A DNA stretch of 64,000 bases, from contig CBDBCZ010000018.1 in assembly GCA_965203295.1 (NCBI GenBank), forward strand, positions 1,472,001 through 1,536,000. The letters are read 5' to 3'. The first letter of the stretch is position 1, and each line of letters starts with the position of its first letter. Both the position numbers and the translations under genes were made by a program. A model generated the notes under the pieces. The model was given only the letters and a program-made list of their open reading frames with translations, did not search any database and was not told the origin of the DNA. Shown piece after piece: positions 54,967-64,000 of the stretch. Origin of the DNA: Nitrospirales bacterium (lineage in GTDB: Bacteria > Nitrospirota > Nitrospiria > Nitrospirales > UBA8639).

Positions 54967-56824
54967 TGTGCGTGTATGTTATGATAGATAAAGACAGTCA
55001 CATGTGTTTGCAGGGGGTGTTTTGGAGTGCACCATGCGTGTGTAGTGGATGCAGTTTAATGCTTCTTTGTGCACACAGGTCTTTGTCTATACATATATGT
55101 ATAAGTGTAAGTGTGTTTTCCTTCCCTAATTGTGCGTTGTATGATTTCATTTCGAGATAAAATGATATCAAACCAACTCCTTTTGAAACTCTCTAAATCC
55201 TACCTGACCCTCATGAAGAAGCCTTTTGGATTCTAATCTGATTACTAAGCGGTTATTTAGAATGCTGAATGTAGAGCCGTATCACCCTCTCTGTAGTCGG
55301 ACAGTGAATTTCGTCTTTATTTGGTGTAGAGACCCAAAAACACTCTCTAACACTAAGGATTGGGATATTGTTGTTAAGTACAGGTGCTTAGCATCACAAC
55401 AGTGCAAGCCCGATGTTTATACATTGCATGGTTCTCGAGATAGAGAGAGATAGAGCCATTTATTTTAAAACTTATGATGCTGAATTAAGGCTTTTAGTGG
55501 ATGAAATCAGATAAAACAGTTCTATCTCAGGAAGGACACAACGTATAAACAACAGACTTGAACTTTTGTGTTGCTAAGTGTCTGTACATTCCCATCCTAA
55601 CATTAGAGAGTGTTGTGGGGTCTCTACACCGAAAAAGAAACAAATTCACTGTCCGATAGTGGAGAGAGTGACATGTACGTCTCTACATTCAGCAGCACCC
55701 CTCAGTGCTCAAAGCAGCTACGATGGCGAAAGGTTGGCGTGCAGCAGCATAGTAGTGGGGCTTCCCAATATATAAAGAAAGGTCACTGGAAGTTACTTCA
55801 GGGAGGAAACATGGAACGAAGTCCAGTAATACATACATTTGTCTGATCATAGCTTTGTCAGAATTCAAACTTTAAACAACGAAGGAACACCAAAATTTCA
55901 ACTTGAAGTGCGAAGGTTCTGTACTGTCAAGTGAATGCTCAGCCCACTTCCGATAGTTTACATGCTCAGCGCTAGCGTGTCTGATCATCAGTAACTTACT
56001 CTATGTGTACATGAACTTCAGAGATGTGTACACATACATATTTCTCGAAGGATTGTATACATTGCACTCAATTGCATGTGTCTACATGAGCTTCATGAAG
56101 GCTCATGAATGCTTATAGCTTTATGAGTGGATTGTATATAAAGTTCAGAATGCCAACTTCACACGAAGCTTCACAACAGGTCTCATTGACAATTACCTCA
56201 TGGGGATATTGTTTTTGCAATGCACTGAGTGGCTGTCTTGTGTGGTTAGTCGCTGCTAGTTCAAGGAAGTTTCAATTTCTGGAAGCTCTTTTTCGGAAGT
56301 ATTTTCAACTTCTCAATAATATTCAGACTTACAATACGAAGGATTGAGATCCCTGTATCACAACTATTCGCAAGGTTTCCTACATAAATGTACATGTATT
56401 TCTGTACATTTCTTTCTACATCTAGTATCGTGTGCCTAGACCACTGTATAGCAGAACTAATTCATACTGTCCTCTCTTTGTTGTTTCAAATTGTAGTGCT
56501 TTTTACCAGCTGGGTGCATTCAAAGCGTATGATGCCTTCAAGTTTTCTGCATTTTTTTGTCTGTCTGTCTGTTTGGTGTCTGCATGTATTTCCGCACTTA
56601 ACACACATTCTATGCAACTGTGCATGTACGTAGTCTACCAGTAGTTTTGAAAGGTTTGTAGACCAAACTACAGCAAGTTTAGTCCTAGACAGCCATGCTA
56701 ATCCTGTTTTAGTAGGTTACAGCTGTTAACTGCAAGTGTACAACAAATCTCTGCATTAGCCTGTTATATGTACATGTACATTTAGTCTGCAGTTGCATTA
56801 GTTTGCCCTGTCCTGTTTGTAAAG

Positions 56825-56960
56825 CTGTTTGATCCTTGGGTGTTTCACTCAACTCCTCAGCTGAAATAACACTCAAAATCAGCTGAGAAGGTAGCTTCTC
56901 AGCTGATTTTGAGTGTTATTTCAGCTGAGGAGTTGAGTGAAACACCCAAGGATCAAACAG
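56825..56960. repeat. Perfect inverted repeat: 66-bp arms, 4-nt loop (GTAG)
   Basis: 56825-56890 is the exact reverse complement of 56895-56960. Confidence 0.95.
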
Positions 56961-57204
56961 ACAGACAGACAAAAAAGACAGACAGACAAAAAAATGGGTA
57001 GGTATATAGCAGATCTGGCAGACTTGCTACCTACCCTTGAGATGCTAAAGTCGAGTTCAAGTGCAGTGAGTTCTCTGTATAGTTCTGTGTGGCTAAGAAT
57101 TACTCATTTCTACTACTTTTAAATGGAAACACTAGTCTCTTTTGTAGCCATCTGGTTACCACTGAACATGACTTGTGCCAATTATGAGCATGGTTTCATA
57201 CATG

Positions 57205-57245
57205 GGGGGGTGAGGGGGGGGGGGGGGTGAGGGGGGGGGGGAGGG
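57205..57245 (+). other. G-run tract with G-quadruplex potential
   Basis: Long G runs separated by TGA or A. Confidence 0.6.
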
Positions 57246-60194
57246 CTGACTTCCCTTCATAGCCCTTAGGAGTTTGAAAAATTATGCTGCATTAAAACAA
57301 GGTACAATGGCACCTGATCAATTGTACTCGCAACACCTACATAAATACTTCTAGTTTTATAGCTGTGCTGACACATGTTACTGAGCTATGGTTTGGACAC
57401 AAACTTGTGGTAGTCGGCTAAGCTACCAAAACCCACCAGATTTAATCTTTGGCCAGTTGTTTTGTAATAATTTGCTGTGGGGCATACCCCATAATTCCCC
57501 TATAGAAGGATGGGAACTATTCCAAAAAGGATTCCCCATGGCGCGATGATGCTGTTACTATACCACACATGACTATGTAATCTTTATACGTAAAGTACAA
57601 TAACGTCATGATTTTAAGAGTATGGTGTTCTTTGTTTCTCTCTAGTGTGGACCTGGAATCCTTGGGTCCCTTGTTTGGTCAGATAGTGGTTACACTCTCT
57701 CCTTTTGCTGATCACCACTCAGCAACTGTATCAAAAATCTTTGATTTTCTTATAATTCAGAACAAGTGAGTACTTGATATTCGAGGAACTTCACCAAAAA
57801 TACCACTAGATAAAATGCCATGTATGTGTTTCAGTATTTGCTGTTTTAATTTTTTCAGAGAGGTTCTTGGGTCTTTCTTTGATGAGATCTACTTCATGCC
57901 AGATGTGCTGTCTCTTGCTTGCATCAACACTCAGCTTAGGAAACACTCGTATACATCAAAAAGGTATCTTGTTCCGGGACAGAAGTGTTCATGTGAATGG
58001 GATGTCATAGGTAGAAGCAGGAAATGAGGTCACGGATTGTTATTCACACTAGTGTGTTCAATTGAGAATTTCTCAGTGCATACATACGTGTGTACATATG
58101 TGTGTGTACATATGTTTATGCATGCGTGCGGCCCACATGCTACATATTGTTTGGATCCATGATTCAATACAAAATTTCAGTTCACATATGACATATATAT
58201 CCATAATCCAATTCAACTTTTGAAACTTTTACGAGTCTACGCAATGCTTTGCATTCACTTGGTTTGTACAGCTGTTAATTATACATCAATTCTAATTGGA
58301 GGTTTGTACGTGGAAGCTAGAAGGAACAGTGTAATGGAGCTTAGTAAGCTGCTGTTGATATATACCACTACTACTATTTGCACTAGAACCCATAATATTG
58401 TAAGAGCATGCGCTGAATGAGTTGGCTGGACTTACGTCGTGCATTAACCTATATAGTTGCTACTATCCTTTTCCAGCCTTCACCAGCAACTACAACATGT
58501 CCTAAGAGGGGCATGCCATGGGCGTTCTGACGTGAGAATGGATGCATTGAAAGCACCACACAGACTGTTGAGATCCAATCGAGTTAGTGCAGTATTTAGT
58601 TATTTGTATTATTATCAATATATGAACTGTACATACAGTGCATGTTCATGTAAGCTTTAAAACAATTTTTGCTCTGTTCATACAGGCAGAGTTGGAGAAG
58701 TGCATGGTAGGAAGTGACACCGTTGATCCAATCATTACAGAGATTGTAACAAGAGTAAGTTGATTTCGCTTCATGAAGAAGTGAAATTATGTCTATCTGA
58801 CATAGTCCATACTCAACGTTTTGTTTTTAAAATTGCTGCTTTGTCCTCAGTTTCTAAAGGTCTGCGAGCCACTAGTATTGAGCTTCGAGAAGAGTTTGGG
58901 AGGTGTCTAGGAGAACTTGGAGCTGTTGGTCCCGGAAAGTATGTGCTGGTATACCACACTTTTGTCATACAATTCTGTATGCTAAGTCAGAGTTGGCAAC
59001 TACTAACTTAACTTGCAACTGTCCGAGGAGTAGCATTTGTATCCAATACTGTCCTATTCTTGAACTAACCGGAGACGTAATTTCTCTGACCATATTTAGA
59101 TTAGTATTATATCACATTTATGTGGGTGGGTATGTTTTCGGATTATGTACTTGCGAGCATCCTGTTAACTACCTGCCCCTTACTTGCTTTTGCTTGTGTG
59201 CTTGCTGTACTTCCCCAGGCTGGATATTCATTCCCATGGTGTCAACTTCCAAGACTGTGAAGTACTTTGAGGTATACATCTTGCTTACTAGTGATTTCAA
59301 TTAGCCTCGTACTCAGCTATTAAATTTAGGCAGAAGGGCTTGATGCGAGGTTTAGCTGAGTACAGTGGTGCTGTGGAGGTCTGGGTTAGTTTGTAGTGTG
59401 GGGTGTTGTGTTTTGTGAAGTATGTAATCGTTGTGGATGAGGATGTGAGGGTGGTTGTGGGATGGTGAGTGGTGGTGATGATTGTGGATGGTGGTGTGTG
59501 TTGAAGGGTGCTGTGTAAGGGGGTGTGGTACGGTTTGTGGTGGGTGTGGTTGGAAAGATGTAGGGATGGTAGGTACGCGGTAAATGCATCGCACTGTGAT
59601 ATGTGCGAAGTCTGTGCATGCCTTCTGGTGTTTGTTTTGTTGTTTTTTGGGGAAGTGTAAAGGTATGTCACGTGTACTCACATTGATGAGTGAACTAATG
59701 TCCTTGCAGTTACTGTGATCTGAGGACTGTTCAACAGCATGTGTACACTGTGCTATAAATATATGTACCAAGCAAGTCAACGTCGAAGCTTTGGAGTTAT
59801 TTGTTCATGTATTGATTATTATCACGTGCATATCAGTCTATTGGTATCACTGCACATCTATGATTATACCAGGCTGAGATCGTTTCTTTAATGTGGGATC
59901 CAGATGCAATGATGCTACTGCAACAATTATACTGTAACGGTCATTGTAGCTACTTGTCACTCAGACTCTCCCTACATTGCCCTACATTTGCTAGCAGTTT
60001 GCCAAAAAGTGCAAAAATTAGTCATGTAGGGATGCACTTCCACCAAAAAACGCTTCCCCAAAAACCAATGAAACAAGCAGCAATGCACACACATACACCC
60101 GCACATCACAGCGCAATGCCTAGCTACCATCCCTACCTGTTTTTCTGTAACTTGTTTTGGGGCATTTTTTGGGAAGTGGCAACAAATGTGTGTG

Positions 60195-61653
60195 ACCAGC
60201 AAGTGCTCTGGAAAGTCACATTTGAGATTCCCACTCGGTACTCTGAGAGGACAATGCTGGCGCTAAAGGAGAAACAGCTGAACAGCTTGACCCGGAATGA
60301 GATTGTACAGGGAATATCTGTGAAGATTTTCTATCGCTGCAAATACCCAATAAGTTCACAGGTAACCCCATTTGTCACTAAGTGTTTCTGTTTCTCTCCC
60401 CCCCATGCTGTGTGACCATTCTAAATAGTACCTATGGGATTCTGTGAACAAACTAGCTCTATAAAGACAGTATTTCTCCAAACAAGCTAGCAGTCTGTCG
60501 TAACTGGCCATGCTGAAATAATGTGAATGCAGCAGAACTTGCTCCTGCAACTACAATTTTTATTTTTACAACCTGAACACCCCCCCCCCCAAAAAAACAA
60601 AAAAACAGAACAAAAATGAAACTATGATAGGGAGTGTACGGTTATCATTTCGAGATGCCCCAGGCCTACACCCTGGCTATGGTCGTGTGCTATGTGAGAA
60701 TAAGTTATTTAGTTGAGCCGTGGAACAAGGCTATACCCTTAGCATTGGTGCCTAATACGTTACAAAATAAACTAAATCCACCTAAAAATTCATTTGTATA
60801 TTCCTTTATACAGCTCATCAATGACTTCATCCAGATCACTGGTCTCCGTGGTGATCCCGAAGAAAAATTGGCGGCTAAGTGGATTAAGTGGGCACCAAAA
60901 GTCACAACGTATGCAAAGAGTAAAAGAAGTGCAGCTATTCAGACGCAGCTTCATTTGCTGGATGGGAATGAAGAAGCTGCTGATGGTTAGTTAGCAGTTT
61001 TATCCATACACTTGTACTCTCGACAAGAGAAATAAGGATGACAGTGTTCACTTACTGACAGAACTTGAAGTAAGCGTAATGAAATGGATTATCTGCGTTT
61101 TTGAGCCTTGGAATGTTGTGTATTAGTTATCTGAAAGTTAAGCAATAGATATACAAGAAAACATGTTGTGTATTTGTCAAACTACCAGTGTACATCAGAG
61201 TTTTAATAATTAGCTCTCTCTGAACTGAGTAAAGATAAGTAAATGACCCCAAATCTTTACTGTGCCCTCTCGCAATGTATATGCGTGGCTTGAGTTTCTT
61301 TGTCCGAATTACTCTCATTATGTGTTGCTTTTAATTCTTCTTTAACCAGGATAATGAAGATCTCGATACCAAGATATCAGGTGGCATTTCAACACCGTAC
61401 CTGATTCAGTTTGGCAGTGGTGACATGCAGTTCTTCCTTGTCGCGGAGAAAGAACTGTTGGCTGAGTTGCCTTCGCTGTACAAGGCCATTGTTGCCCTTA
61501 TAGCAGTGTATTATGTTTTCGACATTGCCTATCCCACACCATGTATGATGAACACACTTTTTTTTTATGGAGCGCTTCCTGCTTGGAATAACAACTGGGA
61601 CAAAGTTCAACAAAACACTACTTGGCACCATCAGTGATATTGAAAAATGTTAG
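60195..61653 (+). pseudogene. Spliced relic of a SAMD3-like, transposon-associated ORF (exons about 60195-60361, 60814-60986, 61350-61653)
   Basis: FEIPTRYSERTMLAL..LTRNEIVQGI..CKYP and FFLVAEKE..AIVALIAVYYVFDIAYP..LFF(fs)MERFLLGI resemble SAMD3-like proteins that accompany animal EnSpm-type elements. AG/GT boundaries are present. Confidence 0.5.
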
Positions 61654-61829
61654 TTTGTACCATTTATTTACCTGCCACCCGGCTTAGTCCTTTTGTATCT
61701 TTAGTTTGAAACACTTTAGTTAAAATGTAAGTGCACTGTACATATTCTTTTGTAATTGTAATGTATAGCTACTTGCTGTACTGTAACAGGTGTTGCTATA
61801 GCATTAGTTTTGGAACCACCCTAGCATTC

Positions 61830-62275
61830 ATAAATTCAAACACAATGATGTAGCATAAAAAGGCATTGAAAATCCGGTGCATGCGTCTTGTCAGAAACGC
61901 TTACAAAGAGCTGAAACACTCCCAAAATTTAAACACAATGATTTAGCATGTAAAGGGTAACTAACAGACAGACAGTAAATGAAGTCGAGAAACACGGCCT
62001 TAATATTAAAACTCAAGACTAACAATGAATAGAATATCTCCCCAAATTCAAACACAATGATTAAGCATATAAAGATATTGAAAATGTAGACAGAGTGTCT
62101 ATGTTGTCAAAAACGCTTACATGTACAATGACCAGAAGCATTCCCGAAATTCAAATACTATAATGATTTAACATAATCATAAAGGTCATAAAATGCAGTG
62201 TATACATCTTGTCAGAAACGCTCACAACGAGCACAAACGTCCCGGAAATTCAAGCACAATGATTGAGCATATTGA
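61830..62275. repeat. Diverged tandem repeat, five units of ~95-120 bp
   Basis: AAATTCAAACACAATGAT recurs at about 61832, 61926, 62044, 62147 and 62247. Confidence 0.8.
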
Positions 62276-62313
62276 TGTTATTGTAAATGCAGTGTTACTT
62301 AATAGGTACATGT

Positions 62314-62425
62314 AAACCGCGGTAGCCAGGGATTTATGGTCCATAAACTGCCCTATAGCTAGCCCGAGGGCGAAACCCGAGGACGAGGGCTGTTTATGGC
62401 CATAAATCCCTGGCAACCGCGGTTT
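62314..62425. mobile_element. Crypton-like hairpin core
   Basis: AAACCGCGGTAGCCAGGGATTTATGG...CCATAAATCCCTGGCAACCGCGGTTT arms around CCCGAGGGCGAAACCCGAGG. Confidence 0.55.
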
Positions 62426-63168
62426 ATGTTATATTATTAAGCGGATTGGTTCTTTGGGTGCATAGTAACCGACGCTTAGCTAGTAGCTACAGTACTACAG
62501 TATATATCGCTCTGTGCGGTTCTCCGACTTGTCTTGGTTTACCCGAGTGGACGGAATGCTGTAAACAAAACAGTCGCTTCGCTGAGAAACTGTCGCCGGC
62601 TACACGTGGCGGAAGTGGCGTAATAAGCACCGCCCCCACGACCCAGCTCCTCCCTCTACTTTAGCTACTCTCATCGGGAGACGCCCCCTTATTGAACAAG
62701 TGACTCTCGCGCTATGCTAATGACTGCATGCATGTATAGAAGTGCTGTATGTTATATATTACCCTGAGGGCTGGAGTATATGTATAGGATATACCACGTC
62801 TACAAGGAGTATAAGCGCAGATAAACTCCGCTAGACAGTTTACCCGAGGCGTACATGTAGGGTAAATCGTCTAGCGGAGTTTATCGCGTTTATACTCCGA
62901 TTAGGCGTGGTATATCCGGCTTATATCACAGGCGGCCAATCGCTTCTTGCCGTTTGTCATCGCCATAGCTACCATTCAGTAGTATTCATTTATTACGTAA
63001 CAAAAAACACGTTAACGAACATGAAAACACGCATGGAAAACATGAAAACAAAATAGTAGTATAAACACCTTTATACTCCTCTCTGTAGCCAATGAATTTC
63101 TCCAAAAGTGATGTAATGTGGTATAAGAAACATGATCTACAACTTCCTGTCAGTATATGGATAGGAGA

Positions 63169-63632
63169 GGAGAAACAGCTGAACAGCTTGACCCGGAATG
63201 AGATTGTACAGGGAATATCTGCGAAGATTTTCAATCGCTGCAAATACCCAATAAGTTCACAGGTAACCCCATTTGTCACTAAGGGTTTCTGTTTCTCTCC
63301 CCCCCATGCTGTGTGACCATTCTAAATAGTACCTACGGGATTTCTGTGAACAAACTAGCTCTATAAAGACAGTATTTCTCCAAACAAGCTAGCAGTCTGT
63401 CGTAGCTGGCCATGCTGAAATAACGTCAAAGCAGCAGAACTTGTAGGTAATCTTTGAAACACTTTAGTTAAAATGTAAATGCACTGTACACATTCTTTTG
63501 TAATTGTAATGTATAGCTACTTGCTGTACTGTAACAGGTGTTGCTATAGCATTAGTTTTGGAACCACCCTAGCATTCATAAATTCAAACACAATGATGTG
63601 GCATAAAAAGGTATTGAAAATCCGGTGCATGC
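63169..63632 (+). repeat. Internally deleted local duplicate of 60269-60541 plus 61705-61884
   Basis: Near-identical blocks joined at about 63443-63453. Confidence 0.9.
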
Positions 63633-63684
63633 AGAAATTGTTATCCAGGGCAACTGGAGTCAATATATAAGGAAGCAGATGAAT

Positions 63685-63925
63685 GTCTTGCAAGGTTCTT
63701 GCACCAGATCTTGCAGGATTTTTCTGAGTCACGCAAATTTTAACACAAGATTCTAACACCTTGCAAGATTTTTGTTGCATGATGAGAAGTTTTGCAAGGG
63801 CTTGCAAGAGATAAAATGCAAGAACGCTGCCAAAATCCTTGAGAGTCCTGCAAGAAGTCTGCTAGATAACTTACAAAATTCTGCAAGAAAGCTATGTTAG
63901 AACATTGCAAGACCTTGCAAGGAAA
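63685..63925. repeat. CTTGCAAG short-motif cluster, possibly the subterminal repeats of a DNA transposon
   Basis: Many TTGCAAG/CTTGCA motifs in both orientations. Confidence 0.5.
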
Positions 63926-64000
63926 CTCTGCATTTCACAACATGAGGAAGTTTTCATAGGTCTACACAAGCACCTGATAGAATGGTTCTTTTTTGTCTGC

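Noticed and set aside
55570..55700. Protein kinase relic (HPNI..CGV motif)
   Set aside because: A single short motif with nearby stops; no HRD or DFG motifs found.

Overview
Eukaryotic (animal) genomic DNA, most likely from a demosponge. That is inferred from a Pmp-like beta-helix gene relic and from the repeat landscape. The window is dense in repeats and duplications, and I could not find an intact gene. Spliced gene relics, all on the minus strand, are: CEP78 exons 1-6 (17107-13629, damaged in exon 6); a second CEP78 exon 1 with a nonsense codon (425-164); the last exons of a CDC50/TMEM30 flippase subunit (12991-11749, frameshifted, with a U12-type intron); and six internal TRAPPC13 exons (36714-34610, frameshifted, one exon missing). 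Bases 1-~6875 are duplicated at 16683-~22688. An old diverged satellite fills 2.4-11.2 kb, and a young 85/163-bp two-monomer satellite with higher-order structure fills 22.7-28.7 kb. Mobile elements include a Ginger1-like TIR element, Crypton-like, pogo, Academ-like and hAT-like non-autonomous elements, Helentron-like elements, a tRNA-derived SINE, a decayed APE-RT LINE, and Penelope and BEL/Pao fragments. The most interesting points are a phase-compatible CEP78-CDC50 exon junction, the minor-spliceosome intron, a hairpin-ended element with an apparent 15-bp target preference, the Ginger1 element with a Ulp1/PHD cargo and its collapsed palindromic twin, and a perfect 66-bp-arm palindrome. All homology calls are by eye from remembered protein motifs; no searches were run.
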